NCBI GenBank assembly: GCA_963847595.1
Contig: CAWKAJ010000001.1
Location: 601,258-665,257, forward strand
Direction: 5' to 3'
Origin: an uncultured Chloroflexia bacterium
Lineage (GTDB): Bacteria; Chloroflexota; Dehalococcoidia; SZUA-161
DNA length: 64,000 bases
The translations under genes were made by a program, and so were the position numbers. Each line of letters opens with the position of its first letter. The stretch's first letter is position 1. The notes under the pieces were generated by a model that saw only the letters and a list, made by a program, of their open reading frames with translations, did not search any database and had not been told where the DNA came from. This document shows, piece after piece, positions 19,400 to 28,578 of this stretch.

Positions 19400-20983
19400 A
19401 TGCCTTTCAGAAGCGCAAGCCGTAGGCTCGTGCTGCTTCTGCTCTGTCTCACGTTGCTTGCTCCAACAGCGACAGCTTGCCGTATCGGCAGCAGCGGCAC
19501 CACGCTGAACTTGGCTGGTGCCGGGCCCATCACGCTTGACCCGGCGCTGGCGGCTGATGCAACGTCCGATTCGTATATAGTACAGATTTTCGGCGGACTG
19601 GCACGGCTCGACCAGAACCTCCAGGTAGCGCCGGACATTGCCTCAAGCTGGGACATCAGCAGCGACAGCAAAACGTACACCTTCCATCTACGCCACGACG
19701 TAAAGTTTGACGATGGAAAGCCGGTCACAGCAGCCGATTTCAAGTATTCCTGGGAGCGCGCACTCAATCCGGCAACCGGTTCTTCTACGGCCGGGACGTA
19801 CCTGAGCGATATCGTAGGGGCAGCCGACGTGCTGTCAGGGAGAGCGACGCAGCTCAGCGGCGTTAAGGTCCTGGATGACTACACCATTCAAGTCACCATC
19901 GATGCCCCGAAACCCAATTTCCTGGAAAAGATGGCATTCCCAACTGCCTTCGTAGTGGACGAGACAAATGTCCAATCGGGCAGTACCTGGTGGCAACATC
20001 CCAACGGCACGGGGCCGTTTAAGCTGCAAAAATGGCAGCAGGGCCAGGTGCTTGTTTTGCAACGAAATGATAACTACTACGGGGAAGAGGCTAAGTTGAA
20101 CCAGGTGGTATTCAGTCTGACCGGCGAAAATCCGATGCAGTTGTATCAGGAAGGAAGTATAGATGTATCCTTCGTTAGCTCCGATTATATGGGATTGGTG
20201 ACTGATCCTAGCAATCCTATTTCAAAGGAACTGCAGGAGTTCCCCGAACTAAGCTTGTATTACATCGGCTTTAATTGTTCCGCACCACCCTTTGACGATG
20301 CCAGTATCAGACAGGCCTTTTCCTTAGCGGTGGATAAGTCGAAAGTGATCTCGCTTGCTGCAGATAATGTGGTGGCCGTAGCCAATGGCATCCTCCCACC
20401 CGGAATGCCCGGATACAACGCCAATCTCCAAGGGCTCCAATTCGACCCCGACAAGGCCAAGCAGCTCATTGCAGCCTCAAAATACGGTAACGTTTCAAAT
20501 TTGCCTCCGATAGTGCTGACCACATCCGGCGTGGGCGGGGGCATCTCAGGCATCCTCGGAGGTGTTATCGAACAGTGGAGGCAGAACCTCGGCGTTGAAG
20601 TAACCGTAAGGCAACTGGAGCCGGAAACATTCCTTTATGGAATCAACCAGGAGAAGGACCAGCTATTTGACAACGGCTGGCTCGCTGACTACCCCGACCC
20701 TCAGGACTTCCTTGACCTGCTGTTTCACAGCGGCGCCCAGAACAATATAGGAAATTACAGCAATTCACAATTAGACGCGTTGCTTGACCAGGCGGCAATT
20801 GAGCAGGACCCCAATGCCCGTTTACAGACCTATCAGGCTGCGGAACAGCTAATAGTCCAGGATGCCGCGGTATTGCCGTTGTACTTCGGTACCAACTATG
20901 TAGTGGTCGAGCCGTATGTCAAAGATTACGTGCTGAGCCCGCTGGGTTACCCCCTGCTGAGTCAAGTCAGTATTCAGAAGTAA
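19400..20983 (+). CDS. ABC transporter substrate-binding protein, family 5 (peptide/nickel type)
   Basis: Lipoprotein-like signal (LLLCLTLLAPTATAC) and a family-5 SBP pattern across about 520 aa. The start is uncertain (GTG 19376, TTG 19388 or ATG 19400). Confidence 0.85.
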   Translation: MPFRSASRRLVLLLLCLTLLAPTATACRIGSSGTTLNLAGAGPITLDPALAADATSDSYIVQIFGGLARLDQNLQVAPDIASSWDISSDSKTYTFHLRHDVKFDDGKPVTAADFKYSWERALNPATGSSTAGTYLSDIVGAADVLSGRATQLSGVKVLDDYTIQVTIDAPKPNFLEKMAFPTAFVVDETNVQSGSTWWQHPNGTGPFKLQKWQQGQVLVLQRNDNYYGEEAKLNQVVFSLTGENPMQLYQEGSIDVSFVSSDYMGLVTDPSNPISKELQEFPELSLYYIGFNCSAPPFDDASIRQAFSLAVDKSKVISLAADNVVAVANGILPPGMPGYNANLQGLQFDPDKAKQLIAASKYGNVSNLPPIVLTTSGVGGGISGILGGVIEQWRQNLGVEVTVRQLEPETFLYGINQEKDQLFDNGWLADYPDPQDFLDLLFHSGAQNNIGNYSNSQLDALLDQAAIEQDPNARLQTYQAAEQLIVQDAAVLPLYFGTNYVVVEPYVKDYVLSPLGYPLLSQVSIQK

Positions 20984-21048
20984 GGCTACAGGGGTATAAT
21001 CTACTTGAACTTTAGTCTTTCAGTAAAATGTTTTGAGGGGGTAGTGAT

Positions 21049-22200
21049 ATGCCGAAGAGTTTAAAGATTTCTCTGATAGTTGTCCTGTCTATCTGTGTGC
21101 TTGCCCTGGCTTTTAGTGCGGGATGCCTTACAAATACAGGGACACCCTCATCTACCCCGGGGCCTGATACGGGGTTGCTGGACCAGGCGTGGACTGATAT
21201 AACGCAGCACTATGTGGTGCCCTCTATAGCAAACTCAACTGCCCTTAACGAGGGAGCGGTCATGGGAATGGTGCAGGCATTAAATGACCCCTATTCGGCT
21301 TATCTGAGTCCGGATGAGTACAAATTGACCCAGAGTGCGTTGACAGGCACTTTCAGCGGCATCGGTGCTCAGGTAGAGCTGAACAATGCTAACCAACCGG
21401 TTATCCTGGCTCCCTTTGAGAATTCTCCGGCTGCAAAAGCCGGTATCAAGACCGGAGATGTGATTCTGGCCGTGAACGGCGAGTCCACCCAGGGGTTGAG
21501 CTTGACTGAGGTGATATTGCTTGTCCGCGGTCCCTCGGGTACCACAGTCAAACTGCTTATCCAGCACGCAGGCGAAACTACGCCTGTTGAGATAGATGTA
21601 GTCAGGGCGCAAATTAATGTTCCTGACGTCACCTATCGAATGATGGGGAATATATCTTATATCGACATTACCAGCTTTAGCGAAAATACCAACGCTGAAC
21701 TGAACACAGGTCTCCAGGCGCTGGACCTAAAAGATAGCACCGGTATTATTCTGGATTTACGCGACAACCCCGGTGGCCTTGTAACTGACGTAGTGGATGT
21801 CGCCAGCCATTTTATTAAAACGGGCGTCATCGTCACCCTGGTGGACAACAAGGGCGATCGGTCCTCCCAATCAGCCCACCCTAACGGCGTTTTCACCGAT
21901 CTCCCTATAGTGGTTTTGGTAAACCAATATACCGCAAGTGCTAGCGAGGTTCTCTCGGGGGCCTTACAGGATTATCACAGGGCCACTATCGCCGGTAACA
22001 CCACCTTAGGTAAGGGAAGCTATGATTCCTTCTTCCTGCTCAGCGATGGTTCAGCCATATACTTAACTATCGGCCGCTGGCTGACGCCTGACGGACGGGA
22101 GATTGAAGGGAAGGGTATCACTCCGGACTATGTGCTGACACAGACCGGTGATCAGGAGATCCAATGGGCAATCGATTTCTTAAACAAAGCCGGGCAATAG
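21049..22200 (+). CDS. S41-family C-terminal processing (tail-specific) peptidase with PDZ domain
   Basis: PDZ segment (GIGAQVELNN...PAAKAGIKTGDVILAVNG) and an S41 catalytic region (...NQYTASASEVLSGALQD...). Signal peptide. GAGGGGG RBS. Confidence 0.85.
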   Translation: MPKSLKISLIVVLSICVLALAFSAGCLTNTGTPSSTPGPDTGLLDQAWTDITQHYVVPSIANSTALNEGAVMGMVQALNDPYSAYLSPDEYKLTQSALTGTFSGIGAQVELNNANQPVILAPFENSPAAKAGIKTGDVILAVNGESTQGLSLTEVILLVRGPSGTTVKLLIQHAGETTPVEIDVVRAQINVPDVTYRMMGNISYIDITSFSENTNAELNTGLQALDLKDSTGIILDLRDNPGGLVTDVVDVASHFIKTGVIVTLVDNKGDRSSQSAHPNGVFTDLPIVVLVNQYTASASEVLSGALQDYHRATIAGNTTLGKGSYDSFFLLSDGSAIYLTIGRWLTPDGREIEGKGITPDYVLTQTGDQEIQWAIDFLNKAGQ

Positions 22201-22267
22201 TGATGGACAGTGACTCCTCTCGTCACTTCCTCATGCCATTGCTTTAAAAATAGAATACTGAGGGCTT

Positions 22268-22400
22268 AATGTCATTCTGACCCTGAGTGGAGCGAAGGGG
22301 AAGAATCTCAGTTTAGCCCTGCGCTACTATTTTCGTTCTTCGTGATGAACATTGTAATGCTCATGACGGATTCCTGCGCAAGCAGGAATCCAGGTGCCCT
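22268..22400. repeat. composite hairpin repeat (same three-module arrangement as 5592-5720)
   Basis: tgtcattctgaccctgagtggagcgaaggggaagaatctcag ... tattttcgttcttcgtgatg ... cggattcctgcgcaagcaggaatccaggtgccc. Confidence 0.65.
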
Positions 22401-22490
22401 CGCCCCAATCTTCTCGCCCCTGCTTCAATCAGCCTGTCCAGTGCCTTCCAGTCACGCCGAGTACTCTACCTAAGTTAACAAAAACCACTG

Positions 22491-22499
22491 TGGTATAAT
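22491..22499 (+). promoter_or_regulatory. candidate extended -10 promoter (TGgTATAAT) about 290 nt upstream of the 22792 gene
   Basis: cactgTGgTATAATatat in a 390-bp non-coding leader. No obvious -35. Confidence 0.3.
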
Positions 22500-22791
22500 A
22501 TATATACGTTTTGTTCAGATGTAGGGCATGCTAATGTTTTAGTATGGTAGTGTTGCAGCGGACGGGGTGGGATTTGTGGATAGCCTGTGAAAACGCGCCA
22601 TAAGACCTCACAATCCCCATTATCTTAATCCCCATTATAGGATACACCTTCCTGCTCTTCCCTACCTTGCTCTAAAGTCAAGTCTTTGGCGAATGTTGTT
22701 CTGTTCCGGGAGGACTCGGTTTGGGAATGCTATTCCCAGCGAAGAGCTCACTGCAGGTCTCTGAATTGCTGATTATGATTTAAGGAACACA

Positions 22792-23823
22792 ATGCCCAGA
22801 AAAAAACTGTTTACAGTGCTCTGGATAACCGCAGGCATCATTCTGGGTTTAGTATTAGGCTGGCTGGTGCTGCGGGGCGTTAACTGGAGCAGTATGGTGA
22901 GCGCCTTCGGCAGAGTGTCCTGGGACACGCTAATCCCGGCGGTATCCGCTGTCATCGCTTCACTGTTCTTGCAGGCGGTCCGGTGGAAGCTGATGCTCCC
23001 CCGCGAATCGGTCTCCACAACGCGGCTCTTCTTCGTACGGAATGCCGGCCTGAGCATCAACAACCTGAGTTTTGCGCAGGGTGGGGGTGTCCTGGGCGAT
23101 GCCTCAGAGCTCGCCATGCTGACCAGGTCCGACAAGATCGATGGCAGCAAGGTCGTCGCCAGTCTGTTCATGAGTCGTGCACTGGACTTTGTGATTACAT
23201 CGATATTCGTTCTTGTCGGCTTTTTCATCGTCCCTCAGCTCTCCGTATTCAAGCCAGTGATCATACCGCTGCTGGTCGTTATGGCTTTGCTCGTACTATT
23301 CGTGCTGTTCGCCACAAAAGTCGGCAGGTTCCCGCTGTTGAACAAGGTCAGGGTCCTCCAATCCTCGCTGCATGCAGTTGCTTCTCTGCGCGATCGCAAG
23401 CTTATTTTTTGGCTTTCGATATTTCTGACGGTCTTGGCCTGGATGCTTCTGGGCACTGCAGCCTGGCTCGTAGCTCAAGCCATCGGAATCCAACTGCCGT
23501 TCTGGGTAATGAGCATCCTCCTCGTCGGGATGACTCTATTCTCAGGGGCTATTCCGGCCGCACCGAGTGCCATAGGCACATACGAATTCGTTACTGTTTA
23601 CATATTGGGGTTGTTCTCTATCAACAGGTCGGATGCGCTTTGCTTCGCCTTGATAGTTCACGCGCTGGTTATGCTTCCTCCCAACCTTATCGGAATCCCG
23701 ACGATATCAAAGGAGTGGAAGACGTTCCGCCAGATCATAAGTCAAGCCAGTGCTATACTAAAGCAGCGGTTTTTCCGCCGCAGGGCCGTCGCGACCGCGC
23801 CCGCAGAGGATATCAGCGTGTAA
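22792..23823 (+). CDS. membrane protein of the lysylphosphatidylglycerol-synthase-TM / flippase-like (UPF0104) family
   Basis: 343 aa, about 8 TM segments. The N-terminal pattern ...GVNWSSMVSAFGRVSWDTLIPAVSAVIASLFLQAVRWKLML is typical of the family. Confidence 0.65.
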   Translation: MPRKKLFTVLWITAGIILGLVLGWLVLRGVNWSSMVSAFGRVSWDTLIPAVSAVIASLFLQAVRWKLMLPRESVSTTRLFFVRNAGLSINNLSFAQGGGVLGDASELAMLTRSDKIDGSKVVASLFMSRALDFVITSIFVLVGFFIVPQLSVFKPVIIPLLVVMALLVLFVLFATKVGRFPLLNKVRVLQSSLHAVASLRDRKLIFWLSIFLTVLAWMLLGTAAWLVAQAIGIQLPFWVMSILLVGMTLFSGAIPAAPSAIGTYEFVTVYILGLFSINRSDALCFALIVHALVMLPPNLIGIPTISKEWKTFRQIISQASAILKQRFFRRRAVATAPAEDISV

Positions 23824-23837
23824 GCAGCTATTTAACC

Positions 23838-24085
23838 AAGAGGGTGACCCGCCGAAGGCGGGTCACCCTTCATATGTCATTGCCGCGTCGTCCTTCCCGT
23901 ACGGGAAGGACGACGCGGCAATCCCCCCGAGCCCGCGTAACGTCGTGACTCTCAGACCGAACCACGACCGACGAAACGAGCAGCGCAACCCAAAGACCAT
24001 TGCCGTGAAATGTAGGGGCGCACTGCTGTGCGCCCTCTCCCAAATCCCCCCTTTTGCAAAGGGGGATACGGGGGGATTTCGCTCT
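23838..24085. repeat. mosaic of hairpin repeat modules (family B, H13 ccacgaccgacgaaacgagcagcg, H4, H5 cccccctTTTGCAAAgggggg)
   Basis: Each module has additional copies elsewhere in the window (14739-14850, 48226-48285, 16107-16133, 58499-58543). Confidence 0.7.
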
Positions 24086-24164
24086 CCACAATGCGCAAAG
24101 GGCGCTCCGAAACAGGTGATACCCGAACGGCCACTAACCAAACACTAATTCAGAAGCCACAGTC

Positions 24165-24470
24165 CTATTTCGATGCCCGGAAGGCACCCTCTTTAGCTAT
24201 GGCAAGTGTCTGGTCGAGCGTGAGAACAGGGCTGGTATGCCCGGCTCCAAGGCTATTCAGAGGCCCGAGTGCTCGCGCCAGAGTCGGATAATCGTCGGCC
24301 TCCACCGTAATGTAGAAGGTATGATCCATGAACGAGGTATACCCGGCCACCACTTTCACTCCCGGGGTCTTCTTTAAGGACTGCCACCAGTTAGCCAGGG
24401 TCTTTGTTCGCTCCGGCGAACCGCCCGGACAGGTTTCATTGGTATGAGTGTGAACCACCTGGAACAACAT
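24165..24470 (-). CDS. hypothetical protein (101 aa)
   Basis: Clean ORF in a coding-like context (MLFQVVHTHTNETCPGG...). No recognisable family. Confidence 0.45.
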   Translation of the reverse strand: MLFQVVHTHTNETCPGGSPERTKTLANWWQSLKKTPGVKVVAGYTSFMDHTFYITVEADDYPTLARALGPLNSLGAGHTSPVLTLDQTLAIAKEGAFRASK

Positions 24471-24566
24471 GTTAGCACCTCCCCCGTCATTCTTTTGACC
24501 GTATATCCACCGCTGCCCGCATTGCTGTGGCCCCGTCAGATGTTCTAAGCTTCAGATACGGAACAG

Positions 24567-24752
24567 CTATGTCTTTTTTATTAATTTCTTTAATTCCGCT
24601 ATAAATTTCGGGTCTTTAACCTGCTTATCCGTGTAGCCATGCACTTTCTTTGCGTGCTTTATAGCTTCTGCCAGCGCTTGCTCCTTCGTTTCACCCTTAG
24701 CCACGAAGTTGCAATCTACTCCTGCATCCCGACAAGCCAATGTGTAGGGCAT
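24567..24752 (-). CDS. DUF1059-like small metal-binding protein
   Basis: 61 aa. MPYTLACRDAGVDCNFVAKGETKEQALAEAIKHAKKVHG matches the DUF1059 consensus (C..G.DC.F...G.T.EE....A..HA...HG). Confidence 0.65.
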   Translation of the reverse strand: MPYTLACRDAGVDCNFVAKGETKEQALAEAIKHAKKVHGYTDKQVKDPKFIAELKKLIKKT

Positions 24753-24964
24753 CTCTTAACCTCCTTTCTCCTAGTAATTTCTTACAGGTGATGTATTACA
24801 ATAATAATGTAGCAACAATAGTCTCAAAATGTTATAAAATCGGCAGCGGAAAAGTTACAAATATATGCCATTTAGGGAGCAATGACTTAATTTTATAGAC
24901 AACAGTGTCTATGATGAAGCAGATTCAGGTTTAGTACGTGAAGTGAAACGTAACCCACCACTTA

Positions 24965-25010
24965 CACAAACAAACTAAAAAGGAGGAGTCCTTCCTGGGA
25001 AGGACTCCTC
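24965..25010 (-). terminator. intrinsic terminator of the minus-strand carboxyltransferase operon
   Basis: Perfect 13-bp stem GAGGAGTCCTTCC-cag-GGAAGGACTCCTC is followed on the minus strand by CTTTTTAGTTTGTTTG. It lies just after the stop at 25033. Confidence 0.6.
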
Positions 25011-25032
25011 GCTATGACAAAAGGGTCTGCCT

Positions 25033-26652
25033 CTACAGCGGAATCAGGGAATGCTTTCTCCACGGCCTCGCCGGCCCCGGACCCAGCTTTTCCCAGTGTT
25101 CCATCTTCTGGGATAGCCTCTCCAGGGCGTTGATCAGTATCGGCCGCGTCGTCCTGGGGTCGATGATATCGTCGGCGCCTTGAATCCCTGCCAGATGATA
25201 AGCTGTGGCGTACTTCTCGTGTATCTGCTCCATCAACTGACGCCGCAGCTCCTCAGGATGCTCGGCAGCCGCCAGCTCGCCCCTGTACAGCGCGTCGGCT
25301 GCTCTCTCGTAGCCCTCTATCCTGACGTCGGCAGTGGGCCAGGCGTATACGGCATCGACACCCATGCGCTCGGTGCCCATGACCATGCGGGCTGCGCCCC
25401 AGCACCTGCGTATATACACCGTGATCCTGGGCGTGGTCGCCTCGCAGATAGCGAACACCGGCTTGGCAGAGTTCCTCTCCAGTCCGTCCCTGTGCTGCTC
25501 CTGCTCCAGGCTGGGCAGGAACCCCGGGCTGTCCACGAGAGAGATTATCGGTATATTGAAGCAGTCGCAGAACCTGATGAACCGCGCCTGCTTGTCTCCG
25601 GTGTAAACATCGAGGCAGCCATCTCCGGCCGCCGGATTATTGGCTACAACGCCCACCGTCTTTCCTGCCATGCGGCCGAAGCCGATTATCATGCTGGGGG
25701 CATAGAGGGCCTGCAGCTCGAAGAAGTCTCCCTTGTCCACAATGGATGCGATGACCTTGTGCATGTCGTAGGGCTGGCTCACATCCGCAGGTACTATGTC
25801 CGAAAGATGCTCATCGGTACGGTTAGGGTCGTCGCCCGTATTAACTACAGGGGGCTTGTCTCTCCAGTTGGAGGGCAGGAAGCTGAGCAGCCTCTTGCTG
25901 GCGTCTATGGCCTCTTCATCGCTGTCCACGAGCAGGTCGTTCGAGCCGGTGACTGTGGAGTGCAGCAGCGCCCCGCCGATCTCCTCCTCGGTGACATCCC
26001 TGAAGGTAACCGCCTTCAAGATAGGCGGCGAGGCTACGGACATGAAGGCTATGTGATTGCGCATGATGACGAAGTCAGCCATTATCGGAGAGTAGGCCGA
26101 GCCAGCATAGCAGGGCCCCAGCATCAGGCTGATATGAGGCACCACGCCGGACATCAGCGGAGGATAGTACATGAACCCGCCGCCGCCGCCCACCGGGCTG
26201 CCGCGTACCGGCACCTTGAACCCGTTTCTGCCGAACAGGTCGTGGATTCTGATAGCGCCCGAGTCAATCATCCCCACCATGGGGATGCCCTCCTCCATCG
26301 CCTGTTCCATGGCCCGGGCCACCTTGCTGTTCTGAATCATGGACTGGGTGCCCGCCAGCACGGTGAAATCATGGGCATAGGAGTAAACAGTGCGCCCGTT
26401 GACCTTCCCGTAGCCCACAACCACGGCATCTCGGGGCAGCTCCCGATCATCTACATCGAAGCCGGTCTTCATCGCCTGCGTCCACAAGCCTATCTCATGA
26501 AATGTGCCGGGGTCGAAAAGCCTCTGAATCCTCTCCCAGGCCGTCAGCTTGCCTCGACCGTGCTGTTTATCTATCGCAGTCTTATCTCCACCGGGTAGCC
26601 AATGTTTCCTTTGCTCCTCAACCTTTTGCAGCTTTGCCTTCGCGTCAGCCAT
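25033..26652 (-). CDS. acyl-CoA carboxylase carboxyltransferase subunit (PccB/MmdA/GcdA family), paralog 2
   Basis: 539 aa. Two crotonase-like CT halves are conserved (GMIDSGAIRIHDLFG, GPCYAGSAYSPIMADF). Confidence 0.88.
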   Translation of the reverse strand: MADAKAKLQKVEEQRKHWLPGGDKTAIDKQHGRGKLTAWERIQRLFDPGTFHEIGLWTQAMKTGFDVDDRELPRDAVVVGYGKVNGRTVYSYAHDFTVLAGTQSMIQNSKVARAMEQAMEEGIPMVGMIDSGAIRIHDLFGRNGFKVPVRGSPVGGGGGFMYYPPLMSGVVPHISLMLGPCYAGSAYSPIMADFVIMRNHIAFMSVASPPILKAVTFRDVTEEEIGGALLHSTVTGSNDLLVDSDEEAIDASKRLLSFLPSNWRDKPPVVNTGDDPNRTDEHLSDIVPADVSQPYDMHKVIASIVDKGDFFELQALYAPSMIIGFGRMAGKTVGVVANNPAAGDGCLDVYTGDKQARFIRFCDCFNIPIISLVDSPGFLPSLEQEQHRDGLERNSAKPVFAICEATTPRITVYIRRCWGAARMVMGTERMGVDAVYAWPTADVRIEGYERAADALYRGELAAAEHPEELRRQLMEQIHEKYATAYHLAGIQGADDIIDPRTTRPILINALERLSQKMEHWEKLGPGPARPWRKHSLIPL

Positions 26653-26687
26653 CTGATCCCTCCGAAATTAATTACAGCGATTGCGAT

Positions 26688-28232
26688 TTACAATCTGATA
26701 TTTTCGTGTTTGCGTAGAGGCCTTCCCTCATCCCTGCTGGCAAATGTCTTCAGCGTCTGTATCAGGAAGGGTCTGGTGTCCCTGGGGTCGATGAAGCCCT
26801 GTCCCCATTCACGCTCCAGGGCCCGCAGCTTATGCCTCATCTCGACAGTCCGCTGTTCCAGTTTTTGCGCTCTCGCGGCTTCATCCTCGATGGCAGCGAG
26901 CTCCCTCCGGTAAATAATGGATACCGCACCCTCCGCTCCCATCAACCCGCGCTCCACAGAGGGCCAGGCCACGTCAACGTCGCCTCCCAGCGTCGTGCCT
27001 GGCATGGCCAACTGCCCGCCTCCGAAAAGCTTCCGTATAGCGATGGTTATCTGAGGCACGGTGCACTCGACATTGGAGAATACCAGCTTGCAGCCATGCC
27101 TGATAAGTCCTCTGGTCTCCTCATCGATGGCAGGCAAAAAGGCCGGGGTATCCGCCAGCCAGACCACGGCTATGTTGAAGGCATCGCAGAACCTGACGAA
27201 CCGCGCCATCTTATCAGCCGCGTCCAGGGTCAGCGCGCCGCCCATGGACTGGGGATTATTAGCTACAAAACCTACCGTCTCTCCGGCCAACCTGCCGAAG
27301 CCGGTTATCAGGTTGTTCGCCCACTGCCGTTTCAACTCCAGGAACTCGCCCTTGTCCACTACCAGCGAGATCAGCTTGGTCATACTGTACGGCTTATTTG
27401 TATCGAGAGGAGCCACGCTCAAAAGCTCCTCTTCCCTGCGATTGGGAGGGTCGCCGGTGTCCACCACAGGCGGCTTCTCCTTATTATTTGAGGGCAGGTA
27501 ACTCAGCAGCTTGCGGCAGTTCTCTATACACTCATTGTCGTCCTTGGCCAGGAAATCGCAGCATCCCGTCTTGCGGAAATGCCCCGAAGGATCGCCTGTT
27601 TCCTCGGAGGTCTTGCCCTGAGGCGGTAATGCTATGTGCATGTAGCTGGTCTTTCTGACCATGAACACGAAATCGGCCAGGGAGGCGGAGATAGCCATCT
27701 CGCCCACGCACGGCCCCATAATCAGAGAGATTTGGGGGATCACACCCGAGGCCATGGTCTGGAAATAGACCAGAGATTCGGGAGAGTAGAAGCGATAATA
27801 CTGAATGGCATCTTCGATTCTGGCGCCCTCGGAATCGATAATGCCCACGATAGGGATACGGGCATGGATGGCCTTCTCCATTGCCCCTGATATCTTGCGA
27901 GCATGGATGTTAGCCAGTGTCCCGCCGAAAACGGTGGCATCCTGCGCCCAGACGTAGATAGGGCGTCCATTTACCTGACCATATCCTACGGCAACGCCGT
28001 CTGCGGGGCCTTCCGTCTTATCGATATCGAACGCCGTAGCCATAGGCGTGCCGAACAGGTCAAGCTCCTGAAAAGTGCCGGGGTCGAGAAGCTTCTCAAT
28101 CCTCTCCCGCGCCGTGAGCTTCCCTTTCTTATGCTGCTTTTCAACCTCAGCGGGGCCACCGCCCTGCCTCAACTTGCCCCTCAACTCATCAATCTCGGAA
28201 ATCTTCTGTTTCATCATATCCAGATCGCTCAT
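26688..28232 (-). CDS. acyl-CoA carboxylase carboxyltransferase subunit, paralog 3 (close paralog of 4030-5583)
   Basis: 514 aa. Long blocks are identical to paralog 1 (IPIVGIIDSEG.RIEDAIQYYRFYSPES, GPCVGEMAISASLADFVFMVR). Confidence 0.88.
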   Translation of the reverse strand: MSDLDMMKQKISEIDELRGKLRQGGGPAEVEKQHKKGKLTARERIEKLLDPGTFQELDLFGTPMATAFDIDKTEGPADGVAVGYGQVNGRPIYVWAQDATVFGGTLANIHARKISGAMEKAIHARIPIVGIIDSEGARIEDAIQYYRFYSPESLVYFQTMASGVIPQISLIMGPCVGEMAISASLADFVFMVRKTSYMHIALPPQGKTSEETGDPSGHFRKTGCCDFLAKDDNECIENCRKLLSYLPSNNKEKPPVVDTGDPPNRREEELLSVAPLDTNKPYSMTKLISLVVDKGEFLELKRQWANNLITGFGRLAGETVGFVANNPQSMGGALTLDAADKMARFVRFCDAFNIAVVWLADTPAFLPAIDEETRGLIRHGCKLVFSNVECTVPQITIAIRKLFGGGQLAMPGTTLGGDVDVAWPSVERGLMGAEGAVSIIYRRELAAIEDEAARAQKLEQRTVEMRHKLRALEREWGQGFIDPRDTRPFLIQTLKTFASRDEGRPLRKHENIRL

Positions 28233-28313
28233 AAGACCTCCCTTGATTGCCGTTTAAGCCGACGGGCTAAATTTTAGACCTAATCGAAGCCATCGTCAAC
28301 CACGCCTACGAGC

Positions 28314-28342
28314 TTGACAAAAATCTGGCGACTGGTTACGAT
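28314..28342 (+). promoter_or_regulatory. candidate sigma70-type promoter TTGACA -17- TACGAT
   Basis: Consensus -35 and a reasonable -10. About 235 nt upstream of the CoA-transferase start at 28579. Confidence 0.35.
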
Positions 28343-28578
28343 TCTTTCACCTGACGCAATCATAATTCGCTCGGTTCTCCACATATTTCGCTATTTTTGC
28401 TCCGCTCCGAATACGGAGTGGACTGAGTTTACGAGCTGAGGCATCAGGCATCGCTAAGGGGATTCCCGCCCGGCTCGTGTCGCTTCGCTCAAAGGGGACA
28501 GGTCTGCCTTCTCTCTCAGTTCATTGCACTGTTTACGGAGTCAATTTTTCAGGTTTTCAGCAGTCAGGGAGTGGCACA

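Noticed and set aside
22983-23948. Track ORF 22983..23948 (+, 321 aa)
   Set aside because: It is an alternative frame of the flippase-like membrane protein gene (22792-23823). The translation is Arg-rich and non-hydrophobic, unlike the convincing TM protein in the other frame.
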